Assembly: GCA_048213135.1 (NCBI GenBank)
Contig: PS015010.1
Span: forward strand, 1,798,001-1,862,000
DNA length: 64,000 bases
Reading direction: 5' to 3'
From: Reclinomonas americana ATCC 50394
Taxonomy: Eukaryota
Shown: one piece after another, positions 49,701-59,081 of the stretch
How positions within the stretch are numbered: the first letter of the stretch is position 1
How the letters are laid out: every line of letters starts with the position of its first letter
The notes under the pieces: model-generated
Told to the model about the DNA's origin: nothing
Databases searched by the model: none
What the model saw: only the letters and a program-made list of their open reading frames with translations
Translations under genes and position numbers: made by a program

Positions 49701-52700
49701 GGAACCTGAAAGTACGGTGGTTACACCTGTCGCAGGTTTAATGGTTAGTGTATATGCTCCCGAACAACCGCCACCAATCGCGTTAAGCGCATTGGCACCT
49801 GTTTCGGTGATCGCCGCATCGAGAATGGTAACTGTGGTATTACCTATGAGACCATTGGTATTGATAGTTGCGAAAAGACCACCAGCGCCTGTTAGTGTCT
49901 GGTAGGTTCCTGCCGCACCAATCGTTACAGATGTGGGTATACCGGCTAGTATAGTGTAGCTGTTAACAGTTCCTCCAATCGGGAAAGCCGCTGACGTAAG
50001 TGCTACGCTTGCAGGTGTGGCCGCAAATGTGCCGCTGTTGATACCCACATTGGGTGTTGGTGTCACATTATCCTGGGCTGTCACAAAATATTGTATGATA
50101 TCGCCCGGTGCAGCGGGTGTGGTCAGCAGGCTGTAATTGGTGGTAAAGCTGAACGGACTGCTGGCGTTCGTTGCTTCTACATACTTCCAGCCGTTATCGG
50201 CATTGGTATTACCTACATAGGTATTGGCTTCGGTCGATTTTTTGAAATACAGCCTGGGTTTGGTGCCTATGGTTGTATTAACACCGCTGGCATCAGTTAT
50301 CGTTGCCGTGAAAGTACGATCAGTAGCGCAACCGGTATTGGAGAGAAGCGAATAAGAAATAGATGGTGCTGTAACATCCAGCGCTATACCTTCAAATTCA
50401 TCGGCACCTATATCAGGGGCCGTTCCAGTTCCGATGTAGCCACCATTGCCCTGCCTGGTATCTCCATCATAATCATCCAGATAGGTAGCGATATTAACCG
50501 CGCCGCTCTCCAGTTGGGTAGCAATGGCAGTATTGATATGCAGGAAGCTGGCACTTGCGCCTGATGTAGAAAGGAAGTTAGGATTTTCCGCAACAGATGC
50601 CTGGTCACGGGTAAGCATAAATGCTTTCAGGTTAGCCACAGTGTTTTGGGGATTCGTTACTGTTCCCGTTCCTTCGGCATAAGTAAGGTGGTTGTTGGTA
50701 CCAGCTGTCGGGTTACTCCAGAAAGCATTATTATTAGAGCTGGTATTGTAGTTCGTTGGCACAACACCTGCCGAACCTGTACTCCTGCGCAGACACGCAG
50801 CGATACCATTCGTGGCAACGTTGGAACCATTCTGTGCCGGTGTTGACAAATTCACAAGCACATTATTTCTCAGGTTAAGGGTGGTAGCCGTACTGCTGAA
50901 GGTAATACAAGAGTTACCAAAAGTCGTACCTGAACTGCTGGTAGCATTCAGGTAAATACTGTTGTAATACACATTATAGGTAGCTGTGGCAGAGGCATTG
51001 ATACCGTTAATGGCATTAAGGCCTGTAGCTGCCGACGCCCTCAGATCACCGATCGTATTGTTATATATATTGAGTGTGCTGGCAGAGGTTATGCTCACAC
51101 CATTAACGATCATACCCGCAGCCGTTCCAGACAGATCATATATTTTATTCTTATAAATATTTACAGCTGTACCGCTGCCTACAGTAATACCATTGGCTGA
51201 AGGAGCGGTAGCGCCTGTACCGGTAAGCCCACTGATCGTATTGCCATAAACGCTGGTGATGGTTCCGCCTGTGCCCACGGCAATGCCGGAGATGGTAGAA
51301 CTGGCACCGGTGGAAGACAGTGTACTGATGGTATTTCCGTTAATATTCATGGTGGGTACAGAGGTGGACCCGCCCGTAATACCAATTACGGATCCGCCTG
51401 TACCGGAAGACACCAGCGAAATGATGGCATTATTGGTATAACTGTGTGTTCCCTGCCCGTTGTTCGCACCGTGTGAGATACCCGTAATGGCGCCCGTACC
51501 GGTGATATTACTGATGGTGTTATTGGAGACTGTTGTTGCATTGCCGAAATTGGTGGCAATGATCGTTACAGCACTGGAACCACCGGTAATATTGGTGAAT
51601 GTATTATTACTGATGGTTTTAACCGGGGCGCTGCTGGCAGAGGCGCCTTCGGTATTGCTCCACCCGGCGATAGTGGTAGCACCGGTTACCGTAATATTGG
51701 AAAAGTTATTACCGGTATTGAACATCTGTGAACCATTCACTGAAGAGCCATTGGAAGAAAAGAAGTTGATCGTTCCGCCTGCCGCTGTTTTAGCGAATGT
51801 TCCTGATATGGAGTTATTGGTCATGTATTCAATACCAGTGGCGGTCATGTTACCGGCATGCTGCAAAAAGGCAACGCCTCCGGTTGAATTAATACTGAGG
51901 TTGGTAAACGTATTGCCTGTAACAGTAGCGGTAGCGGATCCTGCATAAGAGTTACTGATGAGTAAGGGAGACCCTGACCCTGTAACGGAGTAAACAATAC
52001 CCCGGATGTCGTTATTGGCGATGGATACGGTTGCTGTAATGGCCGAAGAAGTTGTAATGCCGTTTACAGCGCCGCTGTTGGCAGCACTGAAGGTAATAAA
52101 GTTGCCGCTGGCATTACCGCACTGGTTGTTGTTCAGGTTGAGTACATTCACTACAGCCGCCTGGCTGGACACACCCACAATCCCCCCCGTAGTAGCGGTA
52201 GAAGTAGTTCCCCGTACTACGTTATTATTCATATTCACCGTTCCAAAAGCAGCTGCATTCAATACACCGAACATGGTAAGGGCTACTGTGCCGCTGCCGG
52301 TAATGGCACAGTTCAACACAGTGTTGTTATTGATATTAGCTGTTGCATTCGCATTGGCACCACCGGTGGACGCGTGACGGATAACCTGCATCTGCGTAGC
52401 TGTTGCGCTGGCATATGCATTCGTCATCGTCAGGGTATTGTTCGTCACGTTATTGGTGAAAGTGCCTGTCGGGGCTGCGGAACTGTAATCCACATATATA
52501 CCAATGAATGTACTTGAGAAAGTCACTGTGGCACTGGTAAGGGTATTATAGGATACGTTCACTCCGGTTTGGTTATTGGCAAAAACACCATAGGAAAGAG
52601 TGCTGTTGGAAACAAAAGAGGATGCCGCCGCACTTCCTCCCCAGTTGCTGAGGGTATTGCCGGTTCCTGCAGAAGTTCCGCCAATGTCATTGCCGCTGTC

Positions 52701-53417
52701 CATGTTGGCTGCAGTGGCAGAGCCAATCAGGGTAATCGCAAAGTTTACATTGTTGATGGTATTACCGTATATTTTATTGTTGCTGTTGGGTGCGGTAGTA
52801 TTATTGGTAATGTCCGCCGCTGTAGTAGCATTGGTGGGACTATGCCTGACGTTGCTGTAAATACCGAATGAGTTGGTATAGGTCCGGTTAAGAGTAATGG
52901 TATTACCCTGAACCGTATTATTCTGTGAGCCGTCTGTTGTAGTTACATACAATAACGCAATCCCCCATTCGGTCATGTTATTCGAAGCTGCCGCTGTAGT
53001 CGTATTCGATGCATTTTCCTGGATGGAGCAACCGGTTATGGTGATCCAGTCCGCACCTACAAGTTTAATCACCGCGTCAGTAAGTGTACCTGCAACCTGT
53101 GGCGTAAACGCTGTAATGGTATTACCGTTACCCTGGATGGTCACAGGATTCGAGGAACTGGTGGCATTGGGTCCTGAAAGTATGGCTGACCCGGTATTGC
53201 CGATTACATAACCACCGGCAGGGGCTGTTTGCGGATTACCTGCAATAATGTTAAACACAACGCCTCCTGCTCCAACACCCTGGGTGTTGAGGTCGGCAAT
53301 GGCCGTTGTCAGATCAGAATAATCGCCTGGGATGTTTTTGGTGCCTGTTAACTGAGCAAAACTGTTGGTTGCACACAGCAGGCTTGCCGCTAAGATCAGC
53401 GAGTAGATTTTCTTCAT
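46746..53417 (-). CDS. T9SS-secreted parallel beta-helix protein, paralog 3 (2223 aa, two helix modules)
   Basis: Shared N- and C-termini, two PDIGADE motifs, type A CTD. Confidence 0.9.
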   Translation of the reverse strand: MKKIYSLILAASLLCATNSFAQLTGTKNIPGDYSDLTTAIADLNTQGVGAGGVVFNIIAGNPQTAPAGGYVIGNTGSAILSGPNATSSSNPVTIQGNGNTITAFTPQVAGTLTDAVIKLVGADWITITGCSIQENASNTTTAAASNNMTEWGIALLYVTTTDGSQNNTVQGNTITLNRTYTNSFGIYSNVRHSPTNATTAADITNNTTAPNSNNKIYGNTINNVNFAITLIGSATAANMDSGNDIGGTSAGTGNTLSNWGGSAAASSFVSNSTLSYGVFANNQTGVNVSYNTLTSATVTFSSTFIGIYVDYSSAAPTGTFTNNVTNNTLTMTNAYASATATQMQVIRHASTGGANANATANINNNTVLNCAITGSGTVALTMFGVLNAAAFGTVNMNNNVVRGTTSTATTGGIVGVSSQAAVVNVLNLNNNQCGNASGNFITFSAANSGAVNGITTSSAITATVSIANNDIRGIVYSVTGSGSPLLISNSYAGSATATVTGNTFTNLSINSTGGVAFLQHAGNMTATGIEYMTNNSISGTFAKTAAGGTINFFSSNGSSVNGSQMFNTGNNFSNITVTGATTIAGWSNTEGASASSAPVKTISNNTFTNITGGSSAVTIIATNFGNATTVSNNTISNITGTGAITGISHGANNGQGTHSYTNNAIISLVSSGTGGSVIGITGGSTSVPTMNINGNTISTLSSTGASSTISGIAVGTGGTITSVYGNTISGLTGTGATAPSANGITVGSGTAVNIYKNKIYDLSGTAAGMIVNGVSITSASTLNIYNNTIGDLRASAATGLNAINGINASATATYNVYYNSIYLNATSSSGTTFGNSCITFSSTATTLNLRNNVLVNLSTPAQNGSNVATNGIAACLRRSTGSAGVVPTNYNTSSNNNAFWSNPTAGTNNHLTYAEGTGTVTNPQNTVANLKAFMLTRDQASVAENPNFLSTSGASASFLHINTAIATQLESGAVNIATYLDDYDGDTRQGNGGYIGTGTAPDIGADEFEGIALDVTAPSISYSLLSNTGCATDRTFTATITDASGVNTTIGTKPRLYFKKSTEANTYVGNTNADNGWKYVEATNASSPFSFTTNYSLLTTPAAPGDIIQYFVTAQDNVTPTPNVGINSGTFAATPASVALTSAAFPIGGTVNSYTILAGIPTSVTIGAAGTYQTLTGAGGLFATINTNGLIGNTTVTILDAAITETGANALNAIGGGCSGAYTLTIKPATGVTTVLSGSASGGLINLNGADYVTFDGSNNGTTSKDMTIRNTNTSGYTFLLNNDATFNTIMNTIVEGNVTSTTSGVIVFGTAASGVSGNSNNLISNCTIRDRSDATGVPGNLVYSSGTAGILNANNTISNSNLFNFTNSGITVAATGAGDGWSVSANSIYQTASRSAAMNFISIAGGSGHQVLSNYIGGTAPFAGGSNLATISTFRGISLTVGTTSATSVQGNVIRNIRSTFASSTASYGIYLTAGLANIGNVNGNYIGSTNVAERIEINGDSYGIRVSSSSNCNISNNTINNMTGTSAALEGQYYHGIKVDGAGSATIIGNTVMNLTNFGTDDFFNGFDSETFGMFVSATGVHTIRGNTIQNISNPTTDVTVDLNNLVMGIALSGVSAGTVVEKNNISGISSLSPTTGVLSDLVFGIISASGSSASYYNNMISLNSSTNTQAQIFGISDESASPAASTYYYNSVHVYGTAAGSNNTYAFERFNTGTVTLRNNIFSNIRTGGTGFHVAMANTNASASGWSSTASNYNAVYNVNNAHLLQWQGTAAGNNRTLATFQASSGGDANSVNVQPNFISSTDLHLDPTNNCGIDGRATPVSVTVDYDNQTRDALTPDIGADEITATLSTTLAGVVSTTVCDTRTMNGTTNFTSNACGLIATVVPSGGSAVGGTVNACVYIDPATVPTYNAEPYVQRHIDITPSTNPATSTGRVTLYFTDAEFTTFNANNAAWPDLPTAAGGGNSDPNIANLRVSQYHGSPLTSPSSPNQYSTGTAVLIDPADADVVWNGSYWAVSFDVTGFSGFYVHTNLRYVLPIEVNYFRGSKQGGAHLLDWKLTCNSTPTVKITLERSSSSNSGFTSIYSTEATAARCNQPFNYTDVQPLPGMNYYRVKMVDANGKITYSGIVALLNATKGFDIVSIAPNPVVGSTFKLNATAAQASKMDLVIIDMQGRIVQREQVSLGAGFSSTEINVANLNSGTYSLYGITADGRSSVLRFVKQ

Positions 53418-53483
53418 GCCCGAAATAGTTTTGAGTGTATGGCGGCAATGTTTTCCTAAGATCGCCGGCCAGGAATAAACACT

Positions 53484-53670
53484 TCAGCACCCGCTCCTGG
53501 GGTAGAACAGCAACTGAAAGTATCTCAGAAGATAAAGATTAGGCGATCTAAACAGAGGAAATTGGAAATGGGTATCAGCGCACGTTACTGGGTAGAACAG
53601 CGACTGAAAGTATCACAGAAGATAAAGATTAGGCGGTCTAAACGAAGGAGATTGGAATAAGGCTATCAGG
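53484..53670. repeat. Two tandem ~90-nt direct repeats upstream of the 2223-aa gene
   Basis: Cores at 53501 and 53591 match at 61 of 67 nt by manual alignment. Confidence 0.9.
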
Positions 53671-53760
53671 GATAGCTTTACAATAATATAATTATTATTT
53701 AACCCGGCAAAAAATAATAAGTACCGGAAAAAAGCAGGTTCTGGTCGTTTTTTCCCAAAA

Positions 53761-53793
53761 AAACAGGCCCCGCTGTTGCCAGCGGGACCCGGT
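53761..53793 (-). terminator. Terminator of the 1109-aa gene
   Basis: GGCCCCGCTG/CAGCGGGACC stem with T-run. Confidence 0.65.
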
Positions 53794-53811
53794 TATTATA
53801 AATAGTAAGAT

Positions 53812-56800
53812 CTATTGTTTTACAAAACGTACCGGCTTCGATTTACCGTCTCCGGTAGCACCATAAATGTAATAGGTACCCGAAGCCAGTTTGGAAGCAT
53901 CAACCGGTATGGTATTGAACCCGGCTGCCAGGCTGATGATGCTGCGGCTGATGAGCCTGCCCTGCATATCGGTGATCACCATATCCATAGTACCGGCTTT
54001 GGCCGCACTGACATTGAATTTGAGCTGACCGTCTGTTACAGGATTGGGAGCGATTCCTGTTACTTCGAAACCTTTATCGCTGTTCAGCAGGGCTACGATA
54101 CCGCTGTAGGATATCTTTCCGTTAGCGTCAACCATTTTCAGGCGATAGTAGTTCATGCCCGGCAGCGGTTGCGCATCAGTATGATCGAAAGGCTGGTTAC
54201 AACGGGTTGCGCTGGCCTGTATACTGTAAACCGCGGCAAAACCGCCATTGGCTGCCGAACTGCGTTCCAGCGTAAGCGTTACGGATGGTGTGCTGTTGCA
54301 GTTCACCTTCCAGTTAAGGCTATGCGCTCCATTTTGTTTAACCCCTTTGAACCAGCTGATGCTGATTGGCAGCGGGTTAGCAAATGTGATACCCCCCAGC
54401 GAGAAGGGACTGAAAGCACTTACCCCCGGTCGCGTGATGCTGCCGGCGGTAACAGTTCCTGAAGCAGTGCCTTCTCCTCCATAGCTGTCCCATGTTGTAC
54501 CGTTGAAATGAGCCACCGTCAGAGAGGGCAGATCTGTAACATAGGCGCCGTTGCAAACATTATTGGTACTCCAGTTAAGCGTTACGTCAACAGTTGGCGT
54601 ACCGTTGCTGAGGTCCAATAACCAATAATCACATCCGCTGACATGGTCGAGACCGATAGCAGATACAGGGCCTAAATTTCTGGCGTTGCCTCTTATGTAT
54701 TCAGCAGTGAACGCATCTGCAGGAGTGGATGCGGTGAAATTGCTTATACCTACGGGAACATATCCGAATCCTGTTTTACCTACCGGGAAAGTAAAATTGG
54801 TATTGCCCGTTTTGCTAACAGGTCCGTCAACGAAACTCGAGTTTGACGCCCCGCTTACGGAAGCTCCGGCAGGCAATAACAAGAGGTTGGCTGCGGTAGC
54901 AGTAACGATACCATTGTTCAGTACCAGCGTACCGTTTACGGTAACTGCACTGGCCAGTGATAAGCTGTTGTCTACAATAAAGTCGCCGCCGGTACCGGTT
55001 GCTGTCCTGCTGATCGATAAGGCAGTTATACCTGCTGTGGGGTTGACTGTATTTACGGCTCCGGCCCATACACCATCAGTAGAAGTTACACCATACACAT
55101 TTGCTCCGGCACTGTTCATAAATTGTATCCTGCGTATTCCATTGGGCAATGTATTGGGAATAATGGTACCCCAGAAACTGTTCTGTGCATCTACAGCCGA
55201 TTGGTAGAAAGCAGGATAAGCTGTTCCGCCCGATGTACCATCGCTCTCAACAAATGTTGAGGCTACCGGGCGGCCTGTTGCCGTCACATTATCATACAGG
55301 AACACGAGATCACGCTGAGGCGCATGCGATGCACCCATTATACCCGAACCGTCAGCAGCGGTAGCACCAAAATTGACCACTGTTGCGGTATTGGAGGACA
55401 CCAGGCTGGTCACGATCGAAGTTCCGCCTGCGCCATCGTTAAGAAGTATGCGCATATAGAGTGCGGTGCCGGGAGTAAACCTTGCGGCGTTGGCTGTTGG
55501 TTCCACAATGAACCAGCCTGTATACGAACCTGAACCATCTGTGGTAAAGGTGGAATATGCACCGGCCGTGGAAAGACTGGTACCGGCTGTATTCCGGGTA
55601 AAGTTACCTGCTCCGTTATAAAATATCTGGTTGCCGGCTCCTGCTGTCGGTGTAGCCAGGTCTGCCGCGTTAGCAGCAAGGTTGGTGTACCTGTATGTCG
55701 TATTGGGAAGAAGGTTACCCAGTGTTGCCCTGTATACATAAGGCACCCGGTTGTTATTGGTGGTGTTAAGTCCCTGGATATATTGTGGCAATAATACCTC
55801 TGTAAAAGAAGCCGGATCACTGATCACTATATTGCCGCTGGCAGGGGAGGTCAATGTACCGTCTGCCGCATGAATGGTATATGTACCTGACGCATCCATC
55901 TGTACTGCGCTGAAAGTGGCTACGCCCGCTACAGCTGCGACAGTTACCGTACCGGTTACATTACCCGGGCCGCTGACTTTTGAAATGGTGATATTACTGG
56001 TATAGGTATTATCAACACTGTTATCCGGCCTCCGGGCTTCCACCGTGAACGTGGAAAGATTGGTAGCAGTTAACCCGGTAGCAGGCACCCCTACCAGCGC
56101 CAGTTGTGAAGCCGCTGCCAGTACGTTGAAGGTGGCCGTCCCGGCTGTAAGAACCGCAGCAGCATCGGCGGCTTGAATGGTAACGTTGTTTTCTGCAACA
56201 TTATAGGTATTCCCTGTAATGGTTACAGAATTGGCACCTGAAGGAATAACCCCTGTCAAAGTACCTCCCAGTGCACCCGTGCCGGTTACCAGGGAAAGGT
56301 TTACGGTGGTATTACCGGTTACATTAGTGGGGGCGTTACCTGCATCCTGCGACTGTACGGTTACAGAGAAAGGAGCATTAACCGTAGGCGATGCCGGGTT
56401 TACATTCGTAATGGCCAGTTTGGTAGGCGTTCCTCCTATCGTTACCGTCCACGAAATCGTTACATCATCAATTGACAGACCATGATCCGCCCCTGTGTGA
56501 TCAATATCGTCCCATTTCAACATGATGTACTGGCCTGCAGCTAATGAAAGGCTTGGTATTGCGAAACTTGCCACCACCGTTCTGTTGGCCGCCGCATTGC
56601 CATCAAGAGCTGACGCAGTGCCGCCAGTGATGGGGCTTGTGAAGTTGAGGGCCGTAACGGCTGTCCATGTACCGTTGGCATTCGGATTTAATGCTGTAAT
56701 AGGTGTACTGCTGATCTTGTAATAAAAATTGGCAGTTTGGGCAGCAGCAGCCGAATTTCTCCATTGCTCGCCTGTAAACGCTACCTGCAAGTCGGTAACG

Positions 56801-57141
56801 GTCACACCGGAATTGTTTTGTAATTGTACCCCATAGGCAAAATTACCCGGTGTACCCGATCCAAGAGTACCCAAAGCTCTATCTGCATTGGTACCTGTTC
56901 CATAACTGTATAATGCACCGCTGTTACTGCTGCCGTCATTAGCTACAATCGTGGTACCTGCTGCTGAACGCTGGGCATACCAGTTGGCAATTGTACTGTT
57001 GTCTGTCCAGGTGGCCGAGCCCGTTGACGGAAGTGAGTTAAAATTTTGTGTGTAGTTCCCCGTTGTCGTAATGCTTACCTGAGCATTCGTAAACAGCGGC
57101 AACAGACCTGCCAGCCCGATGAGAAGGTAAATTTTTCGCAT
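53812..57141 (-). CDS. Multidomain T9SS type A CTD-secreted protein (1109 aa)
   Basis: Signal peptide, YTQNF..DRALG..GEQWR domain, Ig-like repeats, FVDGPVSKTG..FPVGK domain, CTD ending RFVKQ. Confidence 0.88.
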   Translation of the reverse strand: MRKIYLLIGLAGLLPLFTNAQVSITTTGNYTQNFNSLPSTGSATWTDNSTIANWYAQRSAAGTTIVANDGSSNSGALYSYGTGTNADRALGTLGSGTPGNFAYGVQLQNNSGVTVTDLQVAFTGEQWRNSAAAAQTANFYYKISSTPITALNPNANGTWTAVTALNFTSPITGGTASALDGNAAANRTVVASFAIPSLSLAAGQYIMLKWDDIDHTGADHGLSIDDVTISWTVTIGGTPTKLAITNVNPASPTVNAPFSVTVQSQDAGNAPTNVTGNTTVNLSLVTGTGALGGTLTGVIPSGANSVTITGNTYNVAENNVTIQAADAAAVLTAGTATFNVLAAASQLALVGVPATGLTATNLSTFTVEARRPDNSVDNTYTSNITISKVSGPGNVTGTVTVAAVAGVATFSAVQMDASGTYTIHAADGTLTSPASGNIVISDPASFTEVLLPQYIQGLNTTNNNRVPYVYRATLGNLLPNTTYRYTNLAANAADLATPTAGAGNQIFYNGAGNFTRNTAGTSLSTAGAYSTFTTDGSGSYTGWFIVEPTANAARFTPGTALYMRILLNDGAGGTSIVTSLVSSNTATVVNFGATAADGSGIMGASHAPQRDLVFLYDNVTATGRPVASTFVESDGTSGGTAYPAFYQSAVDAQNSFWGTIIPNTLPNGIRRIQFMNSAGANVYGVTSTDGVWAGAVNTVNPTAGITALSISRTATGTGGDFIVDNSLSLASAVTVNGTLVLNNGIVTATAANLLLLPAGASVSGASNSSFVDGPVSKTGNTNFTFPVGKTGFGYVPVGISNFTASTPADAFTAEYIRGNARNLGPVSAIGLDHVSGCDYWLLDLSNGTPTVDVTLNWSTNNVCNGAYVTDLPSLTVAHFNGTTWDSYGGEGTASGTVTAGSITRPGVSAFSPFSLGGITFANPLPISISWFKGVKQNGAHSLNWKVNCNSTPSVTLTLERSSAANGGFAAVYSIQASATRCNQPFDHTDAQPLPGMNYYRLKMVDANGKISYSGIVALLNSDKGFEVTGIAPNPVTDGQLKFNVSAAKAGTMDMVITDMQGRLISRSIISLAAGFNTIPVDASKLASGTYYIYGATGDGKSKPVRFVKQ

Positions 57142-57181
57142 GTAGTATGTATTTGAGAGTAATGTGCAAGGGAAGGCGCAG

Positions 57182-57189
57182 CAAAGTTA
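57182..57189 (-). promoter_or_regulatory. -7 promoter box at head of T9SS array
   Basis: TAACTTTG with TTG about 21 nt upstream. Confidence 0.65.
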
Positions 57190-57321
57190 TTGCCGGTTCT
57201 GCCCATTATGCAAGATACTTTTTCAGACAAAAAGGTTGCCGAAGGAACATATTAAATAATTAAAAAGATTTCCACAATTCGGGGATTTCCGGGAACGGAG
57301 CCGGAAACAGGGCAGGATAAT

Positions 57322-57355
57322 AAAAAAACACCCCCGGCATAACCGGGGGCATCTT
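57322..57355 (-). terminator. Intrinsic terminator
   Basis: CCCCCGG/CCGGGGG stem with T-run. Confidence 0.7.
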
Positions 57356-57375
57356 TACTTATATTCGAAAAAGAA

Positions 57376-57600
57376 TTAGTGCTTAACTTCTTCTTTTACT
57401 TTTTCAACCATTTTCTGAGCGGTATCCAGTTTAGCTTTGGCAGTATCTACCATTTTGCTAACTGTATCCATAGTTTTGTTGGCATCCATTACCGGAGTCT
57501 CAACTTTTGGAGAATCAGTAGTAGCTGGTTTTTCTTCAGAACCGCTGTTGCAGGCTGTCAGGATAGCGCCTACAGCTAAGATGGCAAGTAATTTTTTCAT
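57376..57600 (-). CDS. Small lipoprotein
   Basis: MKKLLAILAVGAILTAC lipobox; repetitive DT-containing amphipathic tail. Confidence 0.8.
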   Translation of the reverse strand: MKKLLAILAVGAILTACNSGSEEKPATTDSPKVETPVMDANKTMDTVSKMVDTAKAKLDTAQKMVEKVKEEVKH

Positions 57601-57709
57601 TGTACTTTTTTTAGTTTTAGTATAGTAATGGGCGCAAAGAAAAGGCTCTTTTCCCAAAAATGCAAGCTTTTTGAAGGAAAATTAGTCCCCGGACATACCC
57701 GGCACCTGA

Positions 57710-59026
57710 TTATTTTTTCCTGAAAAACAGCCTTACAGGCACCCCGCTGAACTTAAAATGCTGCCGCAACTGGTTTTCCAGGTAATTGCGGTAGGGTTGC
57801 TTGATATCATCGGGATAATTACAGAAAAAGGCAAAACTGGGTGTATGGGTCGGCAATTGCGTCACATATTTGATCTTTACGGAATTACCCCTCACCACCG
57901 GCGGATGGTACGATTCCACGGCTTTCAGCATCACTTCATTCAGCTGCGAGGTGGGTATTTTACGCTGCCGGTTCTCATACACTTCCAGGGCAGCTTCTAT
58001 ACTTTTAAATATCCTTTGCTTTTCTGTTACAGAAATAAATAGAATGGGAACGTCGGTAAAAGGCGCCAGTTTTTGTTTCAGCTGAGCTTCATAATCCTTT
58101 GCCGTGTTGGTCTTCTTTTCTTCAATAAGGTCCCATTTGTTCACCAGCACCACTACCCCCTTCCCTTTTTTAACCGCCAGCGAAAATATGGCCACATCCT
58201 GTGCGGCTATGCCTTTACCTGCATCCAGCAACAGCAGGCACACGTCGGCTTCGTCGAGCGCTTTAATAGCCCTGATCACGGAATAGAACTCCAGGTCTTC
58301 GTGCACCTTGTTTTTACGGCGAATACCAGCGGTATCGATCAGCACAAATTCCTTGTTGTATAAATTATAGTGGGTATGGATGGTGTCACGCGTGGTACCG
58401 GCGATATCGCTTACAATAGTACGCTCCTCACCTATAAGCGCATTGAGCAGGGAGGATTTGCCCACATTGGGCTGACCGATGATGGCGAAACGCGGCAGTT
58501 CGGAAGTGGCGTCGGTGGCATCACTGTCCTCCTCTTTAATAAGACCGGTTACGGCGTCCAGTATCTCCCCGGTCCCGCTTCCGCTGATAGAGGAAACAAA
58601 GAATATCTGTTCAAAACCCATGCTGTAAAACTCGGTGGCTTCCAGCATCCGTTCGTGGTTATCTACCTTGTTCACGAGCAGGAACACCGGCTTGGTACTG
58701 CGGCGCAGCATATCAGCCATGGCGTTGTCAAGTTCGGTTATACCTGTGGCGGCATCAACCATAAAAATGATGGCGTTGGCCTCTTCCACGGCTATCATGA
58801 CCTGTTTGCGGATCTCCCTTTCAAATACATCATCACTGCCGGATACAAATCCGCCGGTATCGATCACATTGAAAGTCTTTCCCGCCCATTCGGCAATACC
58901 GTACTGGCGGTCGCGGGTAACGCCGCTTACGTCGTCAACAATGGCTTTACGCTGTTCGAGCAAACGATTGAAGAACGTGCTTTTGCCTACATTGGGGCGG
59001 CCGGTGATGGCTAGTGTGAAACTCAT
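57710..59026 (-). CDS. der: Ribosome biogenesis GTPase Der (EngA)
   Basis: Two G domains (GRPNVGKS, GQPNVGKS), VTRDR, TTRD. Confidence 0.98.
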   Translation of the reverse strand: MSFTLAITGRPNVGKSTFFNRLLEQRKAIVDDVSGVTRDRQYGIAEWAGKTFNVIDTGGFVSGSDDVFEREIRKQVMIAVEEANAIIFMVDAATGITELDNAMADMLRRSTKPVFLLVNKVDNHERMLEATEFYSMGFEQIFFVSSISGSGTGEILDAVTGLIKEEDSDATDATSELPRFAIIGQPNVGKSSLLNALIGEERTIVSDIAGTTRDTIHTHYNLYNKEFVLIDTAGIRRKNKVHEDLEFYSVIRAIKALDEADVCLLLLDAGKGIAAQDVAIFSLAVKKGKGVVVLVNKWDLIEEKKTNTAKDYEAQLKQKLAPFTDVPILFISVTEKQRIFKSIEAALEVYENRQRKIPTSQLNEVMLKAVESYHPPVVRGNSVKIKYVTQLPTHTPSFAFFCNYPDDIKQPYRNYLENQLRQHFKFSGVPVRLFFRKK

Positions 59027-59081
59027 ACCAAATACAATTACGAATTACTAATTACGAATTTATCCTGTGTTCCTGTTTTGA

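Noticed and set aside
53568..53660. 30-aa basic plus-strand ORF (MGISARYWVEQRLKVSQKIKIRRSKRRRLE) through the repeat
   Set aside because: Short, antisense to the array, and the first repeat copy has no start codon; probably incidental, though not excluded
53484..53670. CRISPR array or tandem glycine riboswitch interpretation of the direct repeats
   Set aside because: Only two long copies, no unique spacers or cas genes; glycine aptamer core motifs absent
35159..57141. Diversity-generating retroelement or invertase shufflon behind the paralog variation
   Set aside because: No reverse transcriptase or recombinase in the window, all genes intact and co-oriented, no adenine-specific repeat pair seen
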